A program made the position numbers and the translations under genes. A DNA stretch of 64,000 bases from Candidatus Aldehydirespirator sp. (GTDB taxonomy: Bacteria; Actinomycetota; Acidimicrobiia; Acidimicrobiales; Aldehydirespiratoraceae): positions 2,399,595 to 2,463,594 of the forward strand of contig CBDHCM010000006.1 of NCBI GenBank assembly GCA_965261105.1. Direction: 5' to 3'. Shown here piece by piece: positions 1 through 7,597 of the stretch (its first letter is position 1; each line of letters starts with the position of its first letter). The notes beneath the pieces were generated by a model. It had not been told where the DNA came from, made no database searches, and worked only from the letters and a program-made list of their open reading frames with translations.

Positions 1-1877
1 GCGTCGTCGTCGCCCACCACCAGTACGTAGGGCACCTTGGCCACCTTGCCGGCCCGAACCCGCTTGCCCAGCGGCTCGTCGGCTGCGGACGCCTCCACCC
101 TGAAGCCCTCGGCCCGCAGGCTCTCGACCACCTCGGCGGCGTAGCCGGCGTGGGCCGCGGCCACCGGCAGCACCCGCGCCTGGACCGGCGCCAGCCAGGC
201 GGGGAACGCCCCCGCGTGATGCTCGAGGAGAACACCGAAGAACCTCTCCACCGCGCCGAACATCGCCCGGTGGATCATCACCGGGCGGGGACGGGAGCCG
301 TCGGAGGCGACGTACTCGAGTCCGAACCGCTCCGGCAGGTTGAAGTCGAGCTGGATGGTAGAGAGCTGCCAGGCCCGGCCGATGGCGTCGCGCACGTCCA
401 CATCGATCTTGGGCCCGTAGAAGGCGCCGCCGCCCTCATCGGTCTCGTAGTCGAGCCCGGCGGCGTCGAGCGCGGCCCGCAGGCCGGCGGTGGCCTCGTC
501 CCACAGGGACTCCTCCCCCACCGCCTTGTCCTTCGGCCGGGTGGAGAGCTTGGCCTGGAAGTCGCTGAAGCCGAAGGCCCGCAGCACGCCCAGCACGAAT
601 TCGAGCAGCGACGCCAGCTCGGCGGCGATGTCGTCGCGTGTGCAGAAGATGTGGCTGTCGTCCTGGGTGAACCCCCGGCTGCGCAGCAGGCCGTGGACCG
701 CGCCCGACAGCTCGTTGCGGTACACCGCGCCCAGCTCGAACAACCGCATGGGCAGGTCCCGGTAGCTGCGCTGCGACGATCGGTAGATCATCACGTGGAA
801 CGGGCAGTTCATCGGCTTCAGGTAGTAGTCGGTGCCGTCCATCTCCATGGGCGGATACATGCTCTCGGCGTAGAAGTCGAGGTGCCCGGAGGTCTCCCAC
901 AGCACCGACTTGGCGATGTGGGGCGAGAACACGAACTCATATCCGCCGGCCTGGTGGCGCTCGCGGGAGTAGTCCTCCATGAGCTTGCGCACCAGTGCCC
1001 CCTTGGGGTGCCACACAGCCAGCCCCGGGCCGAGCTCTGGGGGCCACGACACCAGGTCGAGCTCGGCGGCCAGGCGGCGGTGGTCGCGGCGCTCGGCCTC
1101 GGCCAGGCGGTGCAGGTGGCCGGAGAGCTCCTTGCGGGTGGCCCAGGCCGTGCCGTAGATGCGCTGCAGCATGGGGTTGCGCTCGCTGCCGCGCCAGTAG
1201 GCGCCGCTCACCCGCTGCAGGGCGAAGTGGCCCAGCCGCCCGGTGGAGGGCACGTGGGGGCCGAGGCACAGATCGACGAAGCCGTCGGAGTCGCGGTTGC
1301 CGGCGTCGTTGTGGTAGCAGCTGACCGTGCCACCCTCAGAGGTCTCCGACGCAAGGTCTCCCTTAGCGCCGGCGCCCAAGGCCACCGCCTCGATGATGGA
1401 GCGCTTGTAGGGATGCTCCGCGAAGAGTTCCAAAGCCTCCTCGGCGGCCATCTCGACGCGCCGGAAGGCCTGGTCGGCCGCAATGATCTCCCGCATCCGG
1501 GCGTCGATGCGCCCCAGGTCGCCATCGGTGAAGGTGCCGCCGTCGGGCAGCTCGAAGTCGTAGTAGAAGCCGTGCTCGATGGGCGGCCCGATGGCGAAGG
1601 TGGCGCCGGGGTACAGGTCGAGCACGGCCTGGGCCAGCACGTGCGCGGTGGAGTGACGGATGGTGTGCAGGCCCCGATCCGACGAAGCGGTGACGATCTC
1701 CACCGACGCGCCGTCGGCAAGGGGCGCTACCAGGTCCCTCTCATCGCCGTCGACCACGGCAACGACTGCGTCGGCAGCCAGGCGGGGGCCTATGGCGGCA
1801 GCCAGATCAGCCCCGCTCGACCCCTCGGCCAGCTCCCGCTCAGAGCCGTCCGGCAACGACACCGTGATCACAGACAT
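1..1877 (-). CDS. thrS: threonine--tRNA ligase (C-terminal end lies beyond left window edge)
   Basis: Hand translation of the minus strand from ATG 1877: MSVITVSLPDGSERELAEG..., with HSTAHVLAQAV and GPPIEHGFYYDF ThrRS motifs. Absent from the ORF track because there is no in-window stop. The 647-aa + ORF is its antisense shadow. Confidence 0.9.
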   Translation of the reverse strand, partial: MSVITVSLPDGSERELAEGSSGADLAAAIGPRLAADAVVAVVDGDERDLVAPLADGASVEIVTASSDRGLHTIRHSTAHVLAQAVLDLYPGATFAIGPPIEHGFYYDFELPDGGTFTDGDLGRIDARMREIIAADQAFRRVEMAAEEALELFAEHPYKRSIIEAVALGAGAKGDLASETSEGGTVSCYHNDAGNRDSDGFVDLCLGPHVPSTGRLGHFALQRVSGAYWRGSERNPMLQRIYGTAWATRKELSGHLHRLAEAERRDHRRLAAELDLVSWPPELGPGLAVWHPKGALVRKLMEDYSRERHQAGGYEFVFSPHIAKSVLWETSGHLDFYAESMYPPMEMDGTDYYLKPMNCPFHVMIYRSSQRSYRDLPMRLFELGAVYRNELSGAVHGLLRSRGFTQDDSHIFCTRDDIAAELASLLEFVLGVLRAFGFSDFQAKLSTRPKDKAVGEESLWDEATAGLRAALDAAGLDYETDEGGGAFYGPKIDVDVRDAIGRAWQLSTIQLDFNLPERFGLEYVASDGSRPRPVMIHRAMFGAVERFFGVLLEHHAGAFPAWLAPVQARVLPVAAAHAGYAAEVVESLRAEGFRVEASAADEPLGKRVRAGKVAKVPYVLVVGDDD

Positions 1878-1980
1878 CGCCTCCGAGGCTACCGCTGCCC
1901 CCAATGGCACCACGCCGAGCGGCTGCTCCCGGGCGCTGCACGTGCGTGTCAACCGTCGACGCCGCATGGGGACAAGAGGC

Positions 1981-2003
1981 GGGGAGCGGCATTGCCGCTC
2001 CCC
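1981..2003. other. perfect hairpin GGGGAGCGGC-ATT-GCCGCTCCCC in thrS upstream region
   Basis: 10-bp perfect inverted repeat with a 3-nt loop, read directly; about 105 nt upstream of the thrS ATG; no U-tract on either strand. Confidence 0.6.
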
Positions 2004-2096
2004 AGTGGTCTCATGCAGACGTGCCTCCACGGCTATCCGTCTGGGGATCCAATCGCCTCTGCCTATAGGACCGCAGCGGCCACAGGGCGCTAACGA

Positions 2097-2113
2097 CCGG
2101 CCGTGTCGGCCGG
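2097..2113 (-). terminator. hairpin CCGGCCG-TGT-CGGCCGG just downstream of antidote gene stop
   Basis: 7-bp perfect stem 11 nt after the stop at 2124 (minus strand); weak T-tract only, so the terminator role is tentative. Confidence 0.3.
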
Positions 2114-2123
2114 CTGGAAGCGG

Positions 2124-2513
2124 CTACTTGCGGGCCACGGCCGGCCGCCGGAAGATCCGCGTCGGCCTAGCGCTTCGGCGAGACTTAGCTTGCTGGGATC
2201 CTGCATCGTGTCCTGGAGACCCCGCCGTGACGGACTCGGCTCGAAGCCGAAGGCCAAGGGCCCGGACGACGCTCAGCACGGCGCCAAACTCCAATTCGCC
2301 GTTGGCCGACATCGCCTTCTGAAGACTTGCACGCGGCAGCGCCGCGTCCGGCGCGACTCTCGCCATCACCTCGGAACGGCAGATGTCGTCGAGCGCTAGG
2401 GCTATGACACGCGGGTCATCCTCCTCAAGGGCCACCTCTAGGCAGGCAATCACATCCGCTTCGGTACGCAGATTGTCCGCCCCGTCCCACGGGAATGTCT
2501 CCGTCCCTCCCAT
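2124..2513 (-). CDS. addiction-module antidote protein (HigA-like, HTH)
   Basis: Segment ADVIACLEVALEEDDPRVIALALDDICRSEVMARVA...LQKAMSANGELEFGAVLSVVRALGLRL matches the 'addiction module antidote protein' family pattern. Start taken at MGGTETF, 1 nt after the toxin stop. Confidence 0.75.
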   Translation of the reverse strand: MGGTETFPWDGADNLRTEADVIACLEVALEEDDPRVIALALDDICRSEVMARVAPDAALPRASLQKAMSANGELEFGAVLSVVRALGLRLRAESVTAGSPGHDAGSQQAKSRRSARPTRIFRRPAVARK

Positions 2514-2514
2514 T

Positions 2515-2817
2515 TCAGCGTTCCTCCTTGAGATCGCGGGCCAGCCGACAGGCCGCTGTGATGTCACGTCGCCGGCTGCCCTTGTCGCCGCCTGCTAGCA
2601 GTATGACCGCCGAATGGCCGCGCCTCACAAAGTACAGCCGATAGCCGGGGCCGTAGTCAATGCGCATCTCGAAGACTCCGTCTTCCACGGGCTTGACGTC
2701 CCCGGGGTTGCCGACCTGCATCCTGCGGATCCGCATCTCAATTCGAGCCCGAGCACGCCGATCCCGAAGCGCCGCAAGCCAGCGACGGAATGTATCGGTC
2801 CGTTCAATTGCAATGAT
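2515..2817 (-). CDS. RelE/ParE-superfamily addiction-module killer protein (HigB-like); start codon non-canonical or lost
   Basis: GNPGDVKPVEDGVFEMRIDYGPGYRLYFVRRGHSAVILLAGGDKGSRRRDI is typical of the killer family. Homology continues upstream of ATG 2736 (IIAIERTDTFRRWLAALRDRRARARIE) with no ATG/GTG/TTG before the in-frame TAA at 2839-2841. Confidence 0.7.
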   Translation of the reverse strand: MIAIERTDTFRRWLAALRDRRARARIEMRIRRMQVGNPGDVKPVEDGVFEMRIDYGPGYRLYFVRRGHSAVILLAGGDKGSRRRDITAACRLARDLKEER

Positions 2818-2858
2818 GTTTACTTTTATATCGTGATTTTAGAGATTATTTAGTTGAG

Positions 2859-3983
2859 TCACAAGGCAGCACCGAGGAGGGCGGCGGCGTGCACGGGGTG
2901 GCCGGCGTGGGCGGCTTTGTCCACTGCGGCTAGGGCGCCGGGGACGTCCAAGTCGTCGTCGAGGTGTTGGCGCACCTTGTCGAGGAGGCCGGAGTCGTCG
3001 CCGTCGCGGTCAGCGCTGCGCCACAGGGCGAGGCGGTGTTCGGCTTCCTTCAGGAGGCCGTCGTGCCAGGGCCACGGGGTGCGGTAGTGCTGCGACATGA
3101 GGGCCAAGCGGATCGCCATGGGCTCGTGCCGCGTGCGCAGCTCGTGCACGAACACCAGGTTTCCGAGCGACTTGGACATCTTGGCGCCCTCGTAGTGGAC
3201 CAGCGCCTGGTGCAGCCAGTGCCGTGCGAAGGGCTTGCCCGTCACCGCCTCGGACTGGGCCCGCTCGCACTCGTGGTGCGGGTACAGCAGGTCGGCTCCC
3301 CCGCCGTGCAGGTCGATGGTCTCGCCCAGTTCGCGCAGCGCCAGCGTCGAGCACTCCACATGCCAGCCCGGCCGCCCCGGCCCCCAGCGTGACTCCCAGT
3401 GGGGCTCGCCGGGGCGGGCCCTCTGCCAGAGCACGAAGTCGAGCGGATCTCGTTTGGCCGGGTCGTCGGGGTTGTCGCGCCACTCCCGGGCGAGGGCGAC
3501 CATGTGGTCGCGCCCGAATCCCGACAGCGACCCGAAGCCGTCGAAGGCCTGCGTGTCGAAGTACACGCTGCCGTCCGCGCGGTAGGCGAATCCCCGGTCC
3601 AGCGCGGCGTGTATGAAGCCCCGGATGTCGGGGATGGCCGACGTGGCCCGAGGCTCCGAGGCCGGCGGCAACGTGTTGAGCGCGGCCATGTCGTCGTCGA
3701 AGCGGGCCGTCTCTGCGAAGGCCAGGTCCAGGTAATGGACGCCGCGGCGGTCGGCTGCGGCCAGGATGTCGTCGTCCACGTCGGTGATGTTGCGCACGCA
3801 GCGGGTCTCACGGCCCATGTCCCGCAGGCGACGCTGCAGCACGTCGTAGGTGATGTAGGTGGCCGCGTGGCCGAGATGGGTGGCGTCGTAGGGCGTCAGG
3901 CCGCACACGTACATGCGGACCACCGGTCCAGCCTCGAAGTCCACCACCGCGCCCCGGGCCGTGTCGTAGAGCCGCAGGGTCAC
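2859..3983 (-). CDS. mshC: L-cysteine:1D-myo-inositol 2-amino-2-deoxy-alpha-D-glucopyranoside ligase (mycothiol ligase)
   Basis: CysRS-like catalytic core (THLGHAATY, KMSKS) without an anticodon-binding domain. Blocks WQRARPGEPHWESRWGPGRPGWHVECS and VRQHLDDDLDVPGALAAVD resemble mycobacterial MshC from memory. GTG start. Confidence 0.85.
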   Translation of the reverse strand: MTLRLYDTARGAVVDFEAGPVVRMYVCGLTPYDATHLGHAATYITYDVLQRRLRDMGRETRCVRNITDVDDDILAAADRRGVHYLDLAFAETARFDDDMAALNTLPPASEPRATSAIPDIRGFIHAALDRGFAYRADGSVYFDTQAFDGFGSLSGFGRDHMVALAREWRDNPDDPAKRDPLDFVLWQRARPGEPHWESRWGPGRPGWHVECSTLALRELGETIDLHGGGADLLYPHHECERAQSEAVTGKPFARHWLHQALVHYEGAKMSKSLGNLVFVHELRTRHEPMAIRLALMSQHYRTPWPWHDGLLKEAEHRLALWRSADRDGDDSGLLDKVRQHLDDDLDVPGALAAVDKAAHAGHPVHAAALLGAAL

Positions 3984-4047
3984 GCGGTGCTTTCCAGAGG
4001 TCGAGCCGCGCGGGCCACCGCGCCCCGGGCCGTGTCGTAGAGCCGCA
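3944..4047. repeat. 33-nt exact direct repeat (3944-3976 and 4015-4047) duplicating the mshC 5' end; creates a 22-codon uORF (4048..3980, minus)
   Basis: CCACCGCGCCCCGGGCCGTGTCGTAGAGCCGCA occurs twice, 71 bp apart. The upstream copy reads GTG-RLYDTARGAVARAARPLESTA-TGA, and its stop overlaps the mshC GTG (GTGA). Confidence 0.9.
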
Positions 4048-4063
4048 CGATCCCAAGGTACCG

Positions 4064-4840
4064 TTGCGGGCCGTGGGCCTACTTGACGGCAAGCGAATCG
4101 TGATCACCGGCGTGCTCACCGACGCCTCCCTGGCTTTCGGCGCAGCCGAGTTGGCCCTGGCCGAGGGCGCCGAGATTCTCCTCACCGGGGCCGGGCGGGG
4201 CATGCGCCTCACCCAGCGCACCGCCCGCAAGCTCGGCGACGGCATCGACGTGGCGGAGTTCGACGTGACCGAGCCCTCCCACGCCGCGGCCCTGCGGGAC
4301 CACCTGGCCGGTAGTTGGGGACGGGTCGACGGCGCGCTTCACGCCATCGGGTTCGCCCCCGAGGTCTGCCTGGGCGGATCCTTCATGGACGCCACCTGGT
4401 CAGACGTGAAGGTGGCCTTGGAGATCTCCACCTACTCGCTCAAGATGCTCGCCGACGCGGTGGCCCCGCTCATGGGTGTCGGCGGCTCGATCGTCGGGCT
4501 GGACTTCGACGCCACCCGGGCCTGGCCCGCCTATGACTGGATGGGAGTGGCCAAGGCCGGCCTGGAGTCCACCAGCCGGTACCTGGCCCGCTACCTGGGG
4601 CCGCAGGGCATCCGGGTGAACCTCGTGTCGGCCGGGCCGGTGAAGACCATGGCCGCACGCTCCATCCCCGGCTTCTCCGAGTTCGAGGACGCCTGGGCCC
4701 AGAGGGCACCCCTCGGCTGGGACGTGACCGACCCGAGCGCGGTGTCGCGCACGATCGTGGCTCTGCTCAGCGACTGGCTGCCGGCCACCACCGGGTCGAT
4801 CGTCCAGGCCGACGGCGGCTACCACGCCGTCGGCGCCTGA
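4064..4840 (+). CDS. inhA: NADH-dependent enoyl-[acyl-carrier-protein] reductase, InhA type
   Basis: Near-colinear with M. tuberculosis InhA from memory: LLDGKRIVITG, HAIGFAP, SIVGLDFDATRAWPAYDWMGVAKAGLES, ALLSDWLPATTGSIVQADGG. TTG start with AAGG 6 nt upstream (GTG 4073 is an alternative). Confidence 0.9.
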   Translation: MRAVGLLDGKRIVITGVLTDASLAFGAAELALAEGAEILLTGAGRGMRLTQRTARKLGDGIDVAEFDVTEPSHAAALRDHLAGSWGRVDGALHAIGFAPEVCLGGSFMDATWSDVKVALEISTYSLKMLADAVAPLMGVGGSIVGLDFDATRAWPAYDWMGVAKAGLESTSRYLARYLGPQGIRVNLVSAGPVKTMAARSIPGFSEFEDAWAQRAPLGWDVTDPSAVSRTIVALLSDWLPATTGSIVQADGGYHAVGA

Positions 4841-5037
4841 GAAGCCGAGCGGATAGGCCGCGATTCACTGGCGGCTTACAGGGGCGCTGAGCGAGGCCGT
4901 GGCCCGAGCGCCCGTGAATAGCCCCTATGTCAAGCTCGCCTCAAATCTGCACGGGTATTGCTCATATGTGACGGGTTTCTCTACTGATTTCGGTCGAGTG
5001 TGCCCGAGCGGCCCGTGAGCGCAGCGAACAAGAGCGG
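4841..5037 (-). repeat. dispersed ~100-nt intergenic element, copy A (reverse orientation, interrupted by 85 nt flanked by a 16-17-nt duplication)
   Basis: The reverse complement matches copies at 19482-19583 and 37764-37864. GCCCGAGCG(G)CCCGTGA occurs at 4901-4916 and 5002-5018 around a lower-GC insert. Starts 1 nt after the inhA stop. Confidence 0.8.
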
Positions 5038-5093
5038 ACATTGAACAAGAGCGGACATTGAACAAGAGCGGACATTGAACAAGGGCGGACATT
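5026..5093. repeat. 17-bp tandem repeat x4 (GAACAAGAGCGGACATT)
   Basis: Three exact units and one with a single substitution, read directly. The first unit overlaps the end of the dispersed element. Followed by GAGGCCGAGCGG (the element's terminal module). Confidence 0.95.
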
Positions 5094-5122
5094 GAGGCCG
5101 AGCGGCCCGGACGGCGCGGGGA

Positions 5123-6181
5123 TCAGGCGCCGTTCTCGTCGGTCTCGTCGAAGATGTCGCCGACGAGCGCCTCAAGCACGTCCTCGAGGGTGACCACGCC
5201 CAGCATCCTGCCGGCCTCGTTGCGCACCAGGGCCATGTGCCGCCGCGACCGGCGCATGTAGAGCAGCAGGTCGTGCCCCGCCATGTCGGGACTGACCACC
5301 CGCATGCGGCGGAGCAACTCCAGCGGAACCGGATCGTCCCAAGCCTCGGGGGGCATCCTCAGCAGGTCCTTGGCGTGCACGAAGCCCAGCACATCACCGG
5401 GCTCGGATCCCCACACCGGCACGCGGGTGTGGCCGCTGGAGGCCACCACATCCTCAAGGACGGCCACCGATGCGCCCCGAGGCACCGACACCAGCCGTTC
5501 GGCGGGCACCATCAACGACCCTGCTGACCGGACCCGGAACTCGAGCGCTCCCGAGAGCAGTTCATGCTCGTTGGGCTCGATCACGCCCCCCTCGCGGGCG
5601 CCCGCGAGCAGCGTGTGAAACTCGTTGATGGTGAGGGCGGTATTGATCTCGTCCACCGGCTTCATGCCCATCAGGCGCACGATCCCTGCCGACACCACGT
5701 TGAGGGACCAGATGACCGGCTTGAAGACCGCCATATAGACCTTCATCGCGGGTGCCAGCAGCCTCGCCGCCGGCTCAGGCTCGGCGATGGCGATGTTCTT
5801 GGGAACCATCTCGCCCACCACCACATGCAGCGTCGTCACCACAAGCAGCGCCACCGCCAGCGAGATGGTGTGCAGCACGCCCGAGGGGACCTCGGCGACA
5901 GCCTCGACAACCGGCTCGATCAGGTGGGCGATGGCCGGCTCGGCCACATACCCCAGCACCAGCGAGGCCATGGTGATCCCGAGTTGAGCCCCAGCGAGCT
6001 GGGTCTGCAGATCGCGCACCGCGGCCAGTGCAAGCCCGCTGCGCCGGTCCCCGCCGGCCGCGCCCGCCTCCAGGCGGGCGGCGCGGGCCGCCACCAGGGC
6101 GAACTCGGTCGCCACGAAGAAGGCGTTGGCCCCCAGCATCACGACCGCAACCACCAAGGCCACAACCGTCCCCGAGCTCAC
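5123..6181 (-). CDS. hemolysin-family / CNNM-type membrane protein (DUF21 + CBS pair)
   Basis: N-terminal TM region with FFVATEFALV and VVGEMVPKNIA (DUF21), followed by a CBS-pair region. GTG start overlaps the upstream stop (GTGA). Confidence 0.8.
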   Translation of the reverse strand: MSSGTVVALVVAVVMLGANAFFVATEFALVAARAARLEAGAAGGDRRSGLALAAVRDLQTQLAGAQLGITMASLVLGYVAEPAIAHLIEPVVEAVAEVPSGVLHTISLAVALLVVTTLHVVVGEMVPKNIAIAEPEPAARLLAPAMKVYMAVFKPVIWSLNVVSAGIVRLMGMKPVDEINTALTINEFHTLLAGAREGGVIEPNEHELLSGALEFRVRSAGSLMVPAERLVSVPRGASVAVLEDVVASSGHTRVPVWGSEPGDVLGFVHAKDLLRMPPEAWDDPVPLELLRRMRVVSPDMAGHDLLLYMRRSRRHMALVRNEAGRMLGVVTLEDVLEALVGDIFDETDENGA

Positions 6182-7569
6182 GGCGAGGCCTCCGGCTCGG
6201 CCGAACCGAGTGGCGGGTCGAGTCCGACGGAGGGGTGGGTAACGGCCTCGGACGGAGCCGCCACCCGCACGGCGGCGATGCGCAGCCGATTCACGGCCAC
6301 AACCTCTAGGCGCCAGCCGTCCACGGTGGCGATCTCCCCGGGCCCCGGGATGTGGCCCAGGCGGTCGAGCACCAGCCCGGCCAGCGTCTCGTAGGCGCCC
6401 TCGGGCATGGTGAACCCGGTCGCTTCGAACACCTCGTCGACGTGCAGCGACGCCGGCAGCACCGTCGAGCCCCGCGACTCGGCCCGGGTGCGCTCGGGCG
6501 TGGACGAGTCGTGCTCGTCGTCGATTTCTCCGACGATCTCCTCCAAGACGTCCTCAAGGGTGATGATCCCCGCCGTCCCCCCGTGCTCGTCGACCACCAC
6601 CGCCAGCTGCCCCGCGCCGGTGCGCAGATCGTCCAGCATGTCGTCGAGGTCGCGGGACTCCGGCACCGCCAGCACCGGCTTCATCAGCTGCGACACGGGC
6701 GTGGACGGCCGGTCCTGCACCGGCACCGCGAACAGCAACTTCACGTGGACGACGCCGGCGACATCGTCGAGATGGCCACCGATGACCGGGAACCGCGAGT
6801 GGCCGGTGCGGGCGGCCAGGTCCGCGAGGTCGGCCACCGAGGCGTCGGCCGCGATGGCCACCACCTCCACCCTGGGAACCATGGCGTCGTCGGCCTGCTT
6901 GTCGGCCAGGCGGATCGACCGGGTCAGCAGGCGGACCTCGCCCTCGTCGAGCATCCCCTCCTGGCCCGAGGAGACGAAGAGGTGCTCAAGCTCGTCACGG
7001 TCGGGCACCGTTTCGAGGTCCTCGCGCGGCTCGATGCCGAGGCGTCGCACCATCCAGTTGGCGGACTCGTTCAGGAACACCACCAGAGGCCGGGCCAGCA
7101 CGCCGTACACCGTGGTGGGCACGGCCACCGCCACCGCGGTCCCGTAGGGCTTGGTGGTGGCCACAGCCTTGGGCACCAGCTCGCCCAGCACCATGTGCAC
7201 GACAGTGGCCAGTACCAGCGCCACTGCCACCGACACGCCCAACGGCGTGTCCGACCCGAAGAGCGCCTCGATTCCGGGCGCGACCATCGGCGCCAGCGCC
7301 GGCTCGATCATGAAACCGAGCGCCAGCGACGACACCGTGATGCCGATCTGCGCACCGGAGAGGTGGAACGACAGGCGGGCCACGAGACGCTGGACCATCC
7401 GGGCCCGCCGGTCGCCGGCCCCGGCCCGTTCCTCCACGCGGGTTCTATCGACCGTCACCAGAGCGAACTCGGCGGCGACGAAGGCGGCGGTGGCAGCTAT
7501 CAGCGCGAGAGCGGCCAATAGCCACAGCGCGATCTCTATCGCTCCTCCCCGGATCGACGGGCCGTTCAA
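6178..7569 (-). CDS. hemolysin-family / CNNM-CorC type transporter (DUF21 + CBS pair + CorC_HlyC C-terminal domain)
   Basis: FVAAEFALVTVDR, VLGELVPKAVA, CBS region, ITLEDVLEEIVGEIDDEHD and a C-terminal transporter-associated domain. The track start (7725) is an Arg/Pro-rich extension; in-frame TTG 7569 chosen, uncertain. Confidence 0.75.
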   Translation of the reverse strand: MNGPSIRGGAIEIALWLLAALALIAATAAFVAAEFALVTVDRTRVEERAGAGDRRARMVQRLVARLSFHLSGAQIGITVSSLALGFMIEPALAPMVAPGIEALFGSDTPLGVSVAVALVLATVVHMVLGELVPKAVATTKPYGTAVAVAVPTTVYGVLARPLVVFLNESANWMVRRLGIEPREDLETVPDRDELEHLFVSSGQEGMLDEGEVRLLTRSIRLADKQADDAMVPRVEVVAIAADASVADLADLAARTGHSRFPVIGGHLDDVAGVVHVKLLFAVPVQDRPSTPVSQLMKPVLAVPESRDLDDMLDDLRTGAGQLAVVVDEHGGTAGIITLEDVLEEIVGEIDDEHDSSTPERTRAESRGSTVLPASLHVDEVFEATGFTMPEGAYETLAGLVLDRLGHIPGPGEIATVDGWRLEVVAVNRLRIAAVRVAAPSEAVTHPSVGLDPPLGSAEPEASP

Positions 7570-7597
7570 CGGCGAATCTACCCCGTAACTTGGCCTG

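Noticed and set aside
150-2093. 647-aa + strand ORF (and several nested ORFs) across the first 2 kb
   Set aside because: Low-complexity Arg/Gly/Pro/His-rich translation with no motifs. It is the antisense shadow of thrS, whose minus-strand translation shows clear ThrRS motifs.
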